DNA of 64,000 nt. It comes from Spirochaetia bacterium (GTDB lineage: Bacteria > Spirochaetota > Spirochaetia > UBA9216). Below, piece after piece: positions 38,171-48,944 of this stretch (positions are counted from its first letter, which is position 1; every line of letters starts with the position of its first letter). The notes under the pieces were generated by a model, which ran no database searches, was not told the origin of the DNA, and saw nothing but the letters and a program-made list of their open reading frames with translations. The stretch lies in the NCBI GenBank assembly GCA_963675665.1, contig OY776510.1, forward strand, positions 3,264,001-3,328,000, given 5' to 3'. The position numbers and the translations under genes were made by a program.

Positions 38171-39934
38171 CTAAAACAAGCCTTTAACCTTGCCGGTATT
38201 TACGTCTACATCAATGCGTCTGAAAGCCGGATCTGAAGCCGTTCCGGGCATTAATTTTATATCACCGGCTACCGGGACTATAAAACCTGCACCCTGATAG
38301 ATTAGAATATCACGTATCGGAAGTGTCCAGCCTGTTGGGCGGCCCTTGATTGACGGGTCATGAGACAGGCTGAGATGAGTTTTTACCATACAGGTCCCAA
38401 GCGTCGCAAGGCTTTTGTCTGACTGAATATCTTCAAGCTTTTTAAGAGCTTCAGGAGTGTAACTTACGCCGTCGGCTCCGTAAACTTCTTTTGCTATAAG
38501 CTCAATTCTTTTTCCAAGAGGCGTATTATCCGAATAAAGAAATCTGAAATCAGGAGTAATTTCGCATGCTTTTACAACAGCCTCGGCCAGTTCGATTGCA
38601 CCTTCGCCGCCCTTTTCCCAGTGTCTGGAAACAGCAACGCCTGCTCCGGCAGCAATGCATGCGTCTTTTATAACCTGAAGCTCATTTTCAGTATCAGTAT
38701 AAAAATGGTTGATACAGACAACGGCGGGTACTCCGCTTTTTTTAACTGTTTCAATGTGTTTAAGAAGGTTTTCCAGGCCTTTCTTTACAAGCGAGGTGTT
38801 TTCTTCAGTATAAGCTTTATCCAGCGGTTTGCCCGGAGCTACACGTGGGCCGCCTCCGTGCATTTTTAACGCCCGTACGGTACAGACAATAACGGAGCAG
38901 TTGGGGGTAAGCCCTGAAAATCTGCATTTAAGGTTCCAGAATTTTTCAAAACCTATATCCGCTCCGAATCCGCTCTCGGTTACATGGTAATCTGCAAGTT
39001 TCAATCCAAGTCTGTCTGCAATTATCGATGACTGCCCGATCGCTATGTTTGCGAAAGGACCGGCATGAACCAGAACGGGCTGTCCTTCAATTGTCTGCAT
39101 AAGATTCGGGTTGATTGCTTTCGACATAATAGCCGTCATTGCTCCGTCAACTTCAAGATCCGCAGCGGTTACAGGCGCACCTTTTTTATCGTATCCTACA
39201 ATCATTCTTGAAATTCTTTCGCGCATATCTTTCAAATCTTTTGCTACGGCAAGTATGGCCATTATTTCGGAAGAAACGGTTATCTGGAAACCGCTTTTCA
39301 TCATGAATCCGTCCATCTTTCCGCCGAGACCGATAATGATTTCTCTCAGTGCCTGTGCCGAGAAATCAATGGCCCATCCGATTGCCGGATTGCTCGGGTC
39401 AATATCAAGACGTTTCACATTTTTCTTTTTCAGGGTTTCATCACTGTAATTGAACTCATGCTGAATACGGCTGGTTAGAGCAACCATTGCAAGATTATGG
39501 GCGTTTGTTATTGCATCGTTATCGCCAGTAAGTCCCAGACTGAAGTCAGAAAGGGGAATACACTGGGCCAGGCCGCCTCCTGCAGCGGAACCTTTTATAT
39601 TGAAGGTAGGACCGCCTGAAGGCTGACGAATTGCCCCGGCAACTGATTTCCCGATTTTTCCGAGACCCTGGACAAGTCCCATGGTCGTAGTTGTTTTTCC
39701 TTCGCCCAAAGGCGTGGGATTGATGGCGGTAACCTCAATATATTTTCCGTTTGGTTTATTTTCGAGGCGGTCGAGAATTGCCTTATAGTCAAGTTTGCCG
39801 ATATAGTGACCGTACGGAAGGACTTCTTCATCCTTGAGGCCGAGATCTTCGGCAATTTGACGAACTGTTTTCATGTTTTTTTCTGAAAGTTCAGCGATCT
39901 CCCAGTCTTTAAGTTTTGTAGGATCAAGTTTCAT
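38171..39934 (-). CDS. fhs: Formate--tetrahydrofolate ligase
   Basis: [48 protein letters not shown]; start moved to ATG 39934. Confidence 0.96.
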   Translation of the reverse strand: MKLDPTKLKDWEIAELSEKNMKTVRQIAEDLGLKDEEVLPYGHYIGKLDYKAILDRLENKPNGKYIEVTAINPTPLGEGKTTTTMGLVQGLGKIGKSVAGAIRQPSGGPTFNIKGSAAGGGLAQCIPLSDFSLGLTGDNDAITNAHNLAMVALTSRIQHEFNYSDETLKKKNVKRLDIDPSNPAIGWAIDFSAQALREIIIGLGGKMDGFMMKSGFQITVSSEIMAILAVAKDLKDMRERISRMIVGYDKKGAPVTAADLEVDGAMTAIMSKAINPNLMQTIEGQPVLVHAGPFANIAIGQSSIIADRLGLKLADYHVTESGFGADIGFEKFWNLKCRFSGLTPNCSVIVCTVRALKMHGGGPRVAPGKPLDKAYTEENTSLVKKGLENLLKHIETVKKSGVPAVVCINHFYTDTENELQVIKDACIAAGAGVAVSRHWEKGGEGAIELAEAVVKACEITPDFRFLYSDNTPLGKRIELIAKEVYGADGVSYTPEALKKLEDIQSDKSLATLGTCMVKTHLSLSHDPSIKGRPTGWTLPIRDILIYQGAGFIVPVAGDIKLMPGTASDPAFRRIDVDVNTGKVKGLF

Positions 39935-39983
39935 TTTTGCTCCAGAAAAGAAGTTGTAAAAAGTTATTTTCAATAAAAAGAAG

Positions 39984-40011
39984 ATCTCCAAAAACTGCAG
40001 TTTTTGGAGAT
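39984..40011. repeat. Intergenic palindrome copy 2
   Basis: ATCTCCAAAAACTGCAGTTTTTGGAGAT, perfect 28-bp dyad. Confidence 0.85.
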
Positions 40012-40020
40012 TCCAATATT

Positions 40021-40923
40021 TTAATAAACAAGCAGCGTATCTTTCAGATACTGGTTATAGCTTGTTTCATACCAGAACGGGGCGAGAATACCTCCGGCAT
40101 ATGTGGCGGTATAAAGAAGACCGGTTCCGGCTATCAGGGGGATGCTGTCTGTTAAAGCGATGGACAATATAAATGCCGCAGTTGTGCCTATGCTCAGAAA
40201 ACCGAGTTCATTGAAGCCCTGCAAGAAATTACCACCGATGCCGAATGTTACAGCATTAACCAGCATGGCTACAATAGAATTGTCGAGAGCATTATCGTTG
40301 TATAATTCTCTTCTTAGAACCTGGTCGGTAATCTGCATTGCCGGAGTATCGATCTCTATTTCTTTGAAATCAAGCAAAGCAGCAAATCCGATTTCACTTA
40401 TAAGCTGTGTCAATGTCTCGGCATCATAGGCTCCTTCATCATCATTAGCCAAAATAATACTTCCGTCTCCGGAAAGCTCAGCAGCAGCTTCAGCCGAAAG
40501 ATTAAGAAAGGTATCTATATTAACACCTGTTTTTTTAACGGATTTTTCAATTTCACCGGTCTGCACATTGATTTTGTCTATAACAAGAATATATTTATTC
40601 CCGAATTTACTTAAATTCCCGAGAAAGAGGTAATTTACTGAAAGGAGTTCCCCTATTTCTGATGCTGAAGCTTCATTTGTAAGTCCCTTCATTGTAAGTT
40701 CATGTTCATTAAGAATGGACTGCATATTGCCCCTTTCAAGTACTATAAACTGACCGGCAGCAACAAGATCGGATCTGAAAAAATCAGCAATAGCCAAAGC
40801 GTCAGATTCCTGAACATCCTTTGCTTCGAAATCAAGGACCGCTACTCTCTCCCTGGAAAATGCAGGCAGTGAAACAACGAAAATAAGGACAATTAAAATA
40901 ATAATCATTTTTTTTATAGTCAT
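40021..40923 (-). CDS. Exported CsgG/FlgO-like domain protein with hydrophobic C-terminal (P13-like) region
   Basis: Signal peptide; VAVLDF, ER..M..IL.E, IGELL....LFLG.LSK.G; FGIGGNF.QG segment. Confidence 0.7.
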   Translation of the reverse strand: MTIKKMIIILIVLIFVVSLPAFSRERVAVLDFEAKDVQESDALAIADFFRSDLVAAGQFIVLERGNMQSILNEHELTMKGLTNEASASEIGELLSVNYLFLGNLSKFGNKYILVIDKINVQTGEIEKSVKKTGVNIDTFLNLSAEAAAELSGDGSIILANDDEGAYDAETLTQLISEIGFAALLDFKEIEIDTPAMQITDQVLRRELYNDNALDNSIVAMLVNAVTFGIGGNFLQGFNELGFLSIGTTAAFILSIALTDSIPLIAGTGLLYTATYAGGILAPFWYETSYNQYLKDTLLVY

Positions 40924-41063
40924 AAAATACCTCGTAATGTTTAAACCAATATTGCTAAATTGTATTATTTATGCATATTGGTGTCAATCATAAAGAAAAG
41001 CCGGCAGTCGGGAAGCATGAACCCGTACAGCCGGCAGACTTATAATTTGTTTTAAAAGGTGGT

Positions 41064-42311
41064 TTAAATCTCGTTTGCAGTTTTAAGTATGCACTGGAGA
41101 AGTACATTCACACCGCGTTCACAGTCTTCGTACGGAGTGTCTTCTACCTCAACGTGGCTTCTTCCGTCGATGGACGGAACGAAGATCATTGCGCCGCGGG
41201 TGATCTGGTTTACTTCGCTCATGTCATGTCCGGCGCCGGAAACCATACGTTTGCAGCTGTACCCGAGTTCTTCGGAAGTCTCAACAACCCTGTCCCAGAG
41301 TATTTTGTCGAATGGTGCATGAGCAACCTTCCAGGTTTCTTCCGTTTTTATAGGACAACCGCGTCTTTCGGCGATTACTTCGAATTCTTTTTTCATCATT
41401 TCCCATGCTTTTATAGCATGATCATCATCCCAGGAACGGATATCAACTGTAAAGTGAACACCGTCCGGAATTATGTTTCTTGAATTCGGATAGTTCTGAA
41501 TTTCTCCTACAGTTCCAACCATATTACCCATCTGATGGGCAACCTTATTTACCACAATGTTCATTTCGGAAAAGGCAAGCAGAGCATCGTTTCTGCCAAT
41601 CATTGGAGTAGGGCCAACCTGGTTGGCTGTGCCTTCAAGCCAGATGTCGTACCAGTGCAGGCAGAGAATACCCTTGGGAGCCCCTATTTGGATTTTTTCA
41701 CGGTGAAGGACCGGGCCCTGTTCAATGTGCAGTTCATAGGCTGCGTAAATATCCCATTCCTTGTGTGATGCCGGGAATGTACCTTTATAACCGATTCTGT
41801 CGAGTTCTTCACCGAAAACGGTTTTACCGTCGCGGTCTTTTCTGGCATAAGCCCATTCTTTGGTATGATTGCCTACCCAAACGCCCGAACCCATACATGC
41901 AGGGGCAAACCAGCCGCCTTCTTCATTGGTCCAGTCAACAATAACAAGATCACGTTCAAGTTCGATTTTGTTCTCGTTGATAACCCGCATTACTTCGAGT
42001 GCGCCAAGGACCCCAAGGATTCCGTCAAACCTGCCTCCGGGACGCTGTGTGTCAAAGTGTGAGCCTGTCATAACTGCGCCTAGATTTGGGTTTTTACCCG
42101 AACGCCTGGCAAAAATGTTGCCCATTTCATCGATAATTACTTCACAACCACATTCCTTGTACCATTTAACCAGAAGGTCGCGGCCGATTTTGTCTTCATC
42201 GGTAGCTGCGCAACGGATAAGTCCGTTGTTCTCTGTTTTTCCGATTCTGGCAGACTCTTCTATAGTACTTTGCAGCCTGGCGCCGTCGACTCGTAATTCA
42301 TTTAACTCCAT
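41064..42311 (-). CDS. M20 Zn-dependent amidohydrolase (beta-ureidopropionase/N-carbamoylase family)
   Basis: GSH.DT...GG.FDG.LGV, WTNEEG, ELHIEQGP, SGAGHD, G.SH...E. Confidence 0.92.
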   Translation of the reverse strand: MELNELRVDGARLQSTIEESARIGKTENNGLIRCAATDEDKIGRDLLVKWYKECGCEVIIDEMGNIFARRSGKNPNLGAVMTGSHFDTQRPGGRFDGILGVLGALEVMRVINENKIELERDLVIVDWTNEEGGWFAPACMGSGVWVGNHTKEWAYARKDRDGKTVFGEELDRIGYKGTFPASHKEWDIYAAYELHIEQGPVLHREKIQIGAPKGILCLHWYDIWLEGTANQVGPTPMIGRNDALLAFSEMNIVVNKVAHQMGNMVGTVGEIQNYPNSRNIIPDGVHFTVDIRSWDDDHAIKAWEMMKKEFEVIAERRGCPIKTEETWKVAHAPFDKILWDRVVETSEELGYSCKRMVSGAGHDMSEVNQITRGAMIFVPSIDGRSHVEVEDTPYEDCERGVNVLLQCILKTANEI

Positions 42312-42345
42312 ATTTAATCCCCTCTAATTATTATCTTTTATTGGT

Positions 42346-42375
42346 AATCTCTAAAAACTGCAGTTTTTAGAGATT
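42346..42375. repeat. Intergenic palindrome copy 3
   Basis: AATCTCTAAAAACTGCAGTTTTTAGAGATT, perfect 30-bp dyad. Confidence 0.85.
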
Positions 42376-42387
42376 TACCTTAGCTTG

Positions 42388-43656
42388 TTATTCAGCATCA
42401 GCTTTGAGTACAGCATTCAACAGAACAGTAGCTCCTTCAGTACAGTGCTCAGGTGTGGAATATTCAGGTTCACAATGTGAAAGCCCATCTTTTGACTGAA
42501 CGAATATCATGGTTGTAGGCATCATATATGCGGCAAATTGAGCATCATGTCCGGCGCCTGAATGAAGAACCTGGTGAGAAATACCGGTTTCTTCAGCAGC
42601 CTCTTTAACAAATGAAAAAAGTTTTTTATCCCAGTAAACAGTGTCTCTGTTCCACATTTTTTCTACTTCACATTTGCATCCTGCCCATACTTTGTCTGCG
42701 CAGCTTTTAACAATCTCCAGAACCCTGTCTCTGAGTTCAGCGGATTCGTGGCGGCAGTCAATAGAAAAGTCGACGTAATCCGGAACACACGTATGAACAT
42801 TCGGATGACATACAATTTCGCCGGTTGTATAAACAAGTTCCGGATGTCCGAGTTTGTCAATTTCATTATGAAGGTAACAAATGACCTGTGAAGCGGCGAA
42901 AAGCGCATCCTGTCTTTTGTCCATGGGAAATGTACCTGCATGAACAGTTTGTCCGTAGAATCTCAACCTGTAGTTGAACATACCGAGAACACAGTCGACA
43001 ACACCTACATCTTTACCTGCATCTTCAAGAATCGGGCCCTGTTCAATATGTATTTCAAACATATTCATGTATTTGTCCTGGCTGAGCCTGTATTTCCTGT
43101 CGCCCTTGTAGTTGGAGTTGTCGAGAGCTTTACCGAAGGTCTCTGAAGGATCAAGAACGCTTTTGGATTTCATCATGTCTTCATATTTGAATTTTCCTTT
43201 TATATCTTCAGGAAGGTAATCGTAACAGACAATACCTGAAACCATCATTGCGGGAGGATACAGAGAACCTTCTTCATTTGTCCATATCATGGCCGTCAGC
43301 GGGTGTTTATGCGGTATGTTCTTTTCCGCTACAGTCTCAAGTACCTCCATTGCCGACATAACACCGAGAATCCCGTCATAGTTACCGCCGTTCTTGACGG
43401 AATCGGTATGAGAAGCCATTACTATTCTTTTTGCATCGGGATCGCTGCCCGGAAGTGTCGCGTACATATTTGCAACATCATCGATTTCGATTAAAGCACC
43501 TATTGCTTCCATTCTCTTCCTGAACTCTTCTCTTGCCAGAACATCCTCCGGTGATAAAGTATATCTTGTTATCCCGCCGTGTCCTGCATCACCGTATTTA
43601 CTCATGGTTGTGATTTTGTCAGTCATTCTTTCTATACTACATTCGTAAAGAGCCAT
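42388..43656 (-). CDS. M20 Zn-dependent amidohydrolase (beta-ureidopropionase-like), second paralog
   Basis: SH.DSV.NGGNYDG.LGV, WTNEEG, EIHIEQGP, HAGT.PM, SGAGHDA, GLSH..PE. Confidence 0.92.
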   Translation of the reverse strand: MALYECSIERMTDKITTMSKYGDAGHGGITRYTLSPEDVLAREEFRKRMEAIGALIEIDDVANMYATLPGSDPDAKRIVMASHTDSVKNGGNYDGILGVMSAMEVLETVAEKNIPHKHPLTAMIWTNEEGSLYPPAMMVSGIVCYDYLPEDIKGKFKYEDMMKSKSVLDPSETFGKALDNSNYKGDRKYRLSQDKYMNMFEIHIEQGPILEDAGKDVGVVDCVLGMFNYRLRFYGQTVHAGTFPMDKRQDALFAASQVICYLHNEIDKLGHPELVYTTGEIVCHPNVHTCVPDYVDFSIDCRHESAELRDRVLEIVKSCADKVWAGCKCEVEKMWNRDTVYWDKKLFSFVKEAAEETGISHQVLHSGAGHDAQFAAYMMPTTMIFVQSKDGLSHCEPEYSTPEHCTEGATVLLNAVLKADAE

Positions 43657-43879
43657 ATATATTATCCTCCTGGAAAGTTAAAATGTTTGCCTTAACATTT
43701 GATTAATAAACATCTTAACAGATAAATTTATATATTGCAAATAAAAATTTTATAATGGCTTTTCAATGAAGTAGAATACAGATAACGGCATTTTGCTGCC
43801 ATGAATAATATGCTAAAACAACTTGACTATTGACTGACCGGCAGATTAGTCTGAAAACATAACCAGTCAGGAGGATCGG

Positions 43880-46846
43880 ATGAAATTCAGGGAATTACGG
43901 TACTACTATGAGAAATTCAAGTACGGCGAAGACAATTTTCACAATTTAATGCAGTATCGGGTGAAAGAAATTCTTCTGATATCCACGTTTTACGATGCAT
44001 ATATTTTTGAACACGATTCATTATTGTCTGAACAGATAGTAGGCGAATATCATCAGCTGAACCTGACTACAGTTCCGCGAATAACATCGGTACCGACGGG
44101 CGAGGAAGCCTTAAAATTGCTGAAAGGCAAACATTTTGATCTGGTAATTACTACAATGAGAACCGGAGAAGCAAACACATTCGAGCTTTCAAGAAAAATA
44201 AAGGAGCTGCATAAAAACCTTCCGGTAATCCTGATGCTTACGGTAAAATCTGATATTGCAATTATAAAAAAGAACAGAAGCAGGCTTGACTGTATTGAGA
44301 ATGTATTTCTCTGGAACGGGGATTCAAGGCTGATACTTGCAATGATTAAATATATCGAAGACAAGAAAAATGCACCGTATGATACCGATAACGGGTTGGT
44401 GAAGGTCATTCTTCTGGTTGAAGATTCGATAAATTTTATTTCAATTTATCTGCCGCTTCTATATACAGAGATTATGGAACAGACACAGCGGCTGATTTCA
44501 GAAGAACTGAATGACAACCAGAAATACAACAGGATGCGAACAAGACCCAAAGTCCTTGTTACAGATAATTATGAAGAGGGAATGAGGCTTGCCAGGAAAT
44601 ACGGAGAACACCTTTTATGCGTAATGTCGGATATGGAGTTTTATCGCAAAGATGTACTTGATGATGAAGCCGGAGTCAAATTTATAAGCGAAATAAAAAA
44701 AGAAAATCCTGATATGCCTTGCATACTTCAGTCTTCGGTTCTGAACAACAGAAGACTGGCTGAAAGTCTGGGAGTAACCTTTTTTCATAAACAATCCCAG
44801 TTTCTGTTAAAGGATCTAAGAAACTTTATTGTTGAAAATCTCGGATTTGGAGATCTTGTCTTTAGGGATGAGCAGGGAGGAGAGATTGCAAGAGCAAAGA
44901 AGCTGGCGGATTTTGAAAGGATAATTCCCAATTTGCCTATGGAGGTGATACTTCATCACACAAGGCAGAAAGATTTTTCAACGTGGCTTATAGCTCACGG
45001 CGAGATGCAGCTTGCCAAAAAGATCAGACCGGTGGAAGCCGAGGATTTTGAGACTAATGAACAATACCAGGAATTCCTTGCCGTGCAGTTCAGAAACCTG
45101 AGAAAGATGCGAAACAGGGGGAAAATTGTATCACTCAATCGTGAAAGTATCAAACAGGACGGTGTTATAACCCGAATTGATTCCGGCTCTCTCGGCGGGA
45201 AAGGCCGTGGCCTGGCTTTTTTTAATTCCTTTCTTGTGACGACAGAATTCGAAACGGGTTTTAAAAGTGCGAAGGTAAAAATACCTCAGACTACAATTAT
45301 ATGTACGAACGGATTTAACGATTTTGTAAGAACGAATAATTTGTTTGAATTGCGAAATTGTGATGACGATGATGAAATAAAACGAAGGTTTATTAAAGGA
45401 CGTCTTTCTGAGTCGATTGTAGAAAAGCTTCGAATTTACCTTGAAGAGATTAATGTTCCGATTGCGGTCCGTTCTTCAGGTCTGCTTGAAGACTCACAGT
45501 CTCAGCCGTTTGCCGGGGTTTATCAGACATATATGCTTCCAAATAATAATGATGATATAGAAGATCGGCTGGTACAGTTGGTGAACGCGGTTAAACTGGT
45601 TTATTCATCAGTGTTTCTGAATGATACCAGAAAATATATAGATAATCTGAATTACATAATCGAAGAAGAAAGCATGGCTGTTGTGATACAGGAAATTGTA
45701 GGGCAGAGGTACGAAGACTACTATTATCCCCATTTGTCCGGGGTAGGTCAGTCATATAATTATTACCCGATTGGGAATATGGTTAATCAGGACGGCGTTG
45801 CGTCTATTGCCGTTGGACTTGGACAGTCTGTAGTTGAAGGTGAGAGGAATTTTCGTTTTTGTCCCGAATATCCGACCGTCAATTATCTGGCGGATGAAGA
45901 AATAATAAAATCGACCCAGACAGAATTTTATGCTGTTGATCTAAGCAGAAAGAATTTTAATATTCTCAAGGGAGAATTTGAAACTCTTGCAAAATTGAGA
46001 ATGTTTAAAGCTGAAAATCATAAAAACCTTTATCATATGGCTTCGGTTTGGGATCAGGACAATCATAGAATAGTCGACGGTATAGGAATGCCCGGACCGC
46101 GAATAGTTAATTTTGCAAATATTCTGAAATATAATGTTTTTCCGCTGTCGGAAATTGTAAAAAAAGTTTTGGAGATGGCCCAGGTCGCGCTCGGAATCCC
46201 TGTAGAAATTGAATTTGCCGTTGATTTAACAAAAAACGAAAACGAGGGAGTTTATCCTGTTTTTTATCTTCTTCAGGTAAGACCCATGACAGTTAATTTT
46301 GAAGACTCGCTGATTGATATGGAAAGCATAGATGAAGAAGATATGCTTCTGTACACTGAGGAAGGATTGGGAAACGGTACAGTTGATGATGTTTATGATA
46401 TTGTTTTTATTGATCCCGACAGATTTGATAAAACGAAAACACCTGAAATGTGCCTTGAGATAGATAAAATCAATACGATGCTGAAGCAGCAAAACAGGGA
46501 ATATATACTAATCGGGCCCGGAAGGTGGGGTACAAGAGACAGGTTCCTGGGAATTCCTGTAATGTGGTCGCAGATAAGCAAGGCCAAGATTATAGTGGAA
46601 GTTGGGCTAAAAGATTATGAGATCGAACCCTCTCAGGGCACGCATTTTTTTCACAATGTTATTGCCATGAATATAGGGTATTTTAATGTTCCTTACACGA
46701 AAAAAAAGAAATCATTTATTGACTGGAATCACATTAAAAGCGTTAAGGGCGCAACAAACTATGATTATTTTACACATATTGTGAGTGATAAGCCATATAA
46801 AGTTATTATGGATGGAAAGAACAGAAAGTCAATCATATGTAAGTGA
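43880..46846 (+). CDS. Receiver-like domains fused to PEP synthase/PPDK nucleotide-binding domain
   Basis: N-terminal REC-like segments (FDLVIT, ILLVED); GSLGGKGRGLAF, AVRSS.LLEDS..QPFAG.Y, VEIEFA, LLQ.RP, GPGRWG, SQGTHFF. Confidence 0.85.
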   Translation: MKFRELRYYYEKFKYGEDNFHNLMQYRVKEILLISTFYDAYIFEHDSLLSEQIVGEYHQLNLTTVPRITSVPTGEEALKLLKGKHFDLVITTMRTGEANTFELSRKIKELHKNLPVILMLTVKSDIAIIKKNRSRLDCIENVFLWNGDSRLILAMIKYIEDKKNAPYDTDNGLVKVILLVEDSINFISIYLPLLYTEIMEQTQRLISEELNDNQKYNRMRTRPKVLVTDNYEEGMRLARKYGEHLLCVMSDMEFYRKDVLDDEAGVKFISEIKKENPDMPCILQSSVLNNRRLAESLGVTFFHKQSQFLLKDLRNFIVENLGFGDLVFRDEQGGEIARAKKLADFERIIPNLPMEVILHHTRQKDFSTWLIAHGEMQLAKKIRPVEAEDFETNEQYQEFLAVQFRNLRKMRNRGKIVSLNRESIKQDGVITRIDSGSLGGKGRGLAFFNSFLVTTEFETGFKSAKVKIPQTTIICTNGFNDFVRTNNLFELRNCDDDDEIKRRFIKGRLSESIVEKLRIYLEEINVPIAVRSSGLLEDSQSQPFAGVYQTYMLPNNNDDIEDRLVQLVNAVKLVYSSVFLNDTRKYIDNLNYIIEEESMAVVIQEIVGQRYEDYYYPHLSGVGQSYNYYPIGNMVNQDGVASIAVGLGQSVVEGERNFRFCPEYPTVNYLADEEIIKSTQTEFYAVDLSRKNFNILKGEFETLAKLRMFKAENHKNLYHMASVWDQDNHRIVDGIGMPGPRIVNFANILKYNVFPLSEIVKKVLEMAQVALGIPVEIEFAVDLTKNENEGVYPVFYLLQVRPMTVNFEDSLIDMESIDEEDMLLYTEEGLGNGTVDDVYDIVFIDPDRFDKTKTPEMCLEIDKINTMLKQQNREYILIGPGRWGTRDRFLGIPVMWSQISKAKIIVEVGLKDYEIEPSQGTHFFHNVIAMNIGYFNVPYTKKKKSFIDWNHIKSVKGATNYDYFTHIVSDKPYKVIMDGKNRKSIICK

Positions 46847-46886
46847 TATGTCAGATCAAGGTTATTGTGAAAACAGAAACTAATTA

Positions 46887-46915
46887 TTGACAACACCAAA
46901 CTAGTGCCATATAGT
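46887..46915 (+). promoter_or_regulatory. Putative sigma70 promoter for gdhA
   Basis: TTGACA-17 bp-TATAGT. Confidence 0.6.
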
Positions 46916-46961
46916 ATGACCTATAAAATTTTACGTTAATATACGTAATGGAGGTCAGTAA

Positions 46962-48308
<1,347 letters not shown>

Positions 48309-48340
48309 TAATGTATTAAAATACATTCTTCTTTCAATCC

Positions 48341-48369
48341 GGGCTGCTGTGAAAACAGCAGCCCTTTTT
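48341..48369 (+). terminator. Intrinsic terminator after gdhA
   Basis: GGGCTGCTGT-GAAA-ACAGCAGCCC-TTTTT. Confidence 0.9.
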
Positions 48370-48371
48370 GT

Positions 48372-48944
48372 TTAAAGAAGCAATTCAACTTTCTGGAAAT
48401 CTGCGATGCCGGCAGCATGGCCTTCATCAAAGTCGACATGCATTTCTAGAGCCTGATCATCACCGGCTTTTATCACAACCTCGTTAAAAACAAGGCTTCT
48501 GGGACCGGGTACCCTGACGCTTACAATATCACCCGTTGAAAGGCCCAGCCTTTCAGCATCGGAAGAATGCATATGAATGTGCCGCAATGCGGCAATCAGA
48601 CCTTCTTCAAGTTCCAGGGGCCCTGCCGGGCCGATTACTTCTATGCCTGAACTCCCGGCAATATTACCGGACAGCCGCAACGGGGCGGTAACGCCCAGCG
48701 TAAGAGTATTTGTAATAGACACTTCTGCCTGGGTATAAGGACGTTCGGGGCCTACAACTACCACATGGTCTATGCGGCCGTTGGGGCCGACAAGTGAAAC
48801 AGTTTCCCTGCAGGCAAACTGACCGGGTATGGTGAGATCTCTTGATTTTGTAAGTTGATATCCTTTTCCGAAGAGAATTTCAACATCTGATCTTTTAAGA
48901 TGGATATGTGCATCGGAACGGGCAATAGGAAGTTTGAATTCCAT
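48372..48944 (-). CDS. pduL: PduL-type phosphate acyltransferase
   Basis: S..HIHL......LFG, PGQFA..E.V...GP, GP.R..TQ.E.S, RHIHM, MH.D.DEG.A. Confidence 0.9.
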   Translation of the reverse strand: MEFKLPIARSDAHIHLKRSDVEILFGKGYQLTKSRDLTIPGQFACRETVSLVGPNGRIDHVVVVGPERPYTQAEVSITNTLTLGVTAPLRLSGNIAGSSGIEVIGPAGPLELEEGLIAALRHIHMHSSDAERLGLSTGDIVSVRVPGPRSLVFNEVVIKAGDDQALEMHVDFDEGHAAGIADFQKVELLL

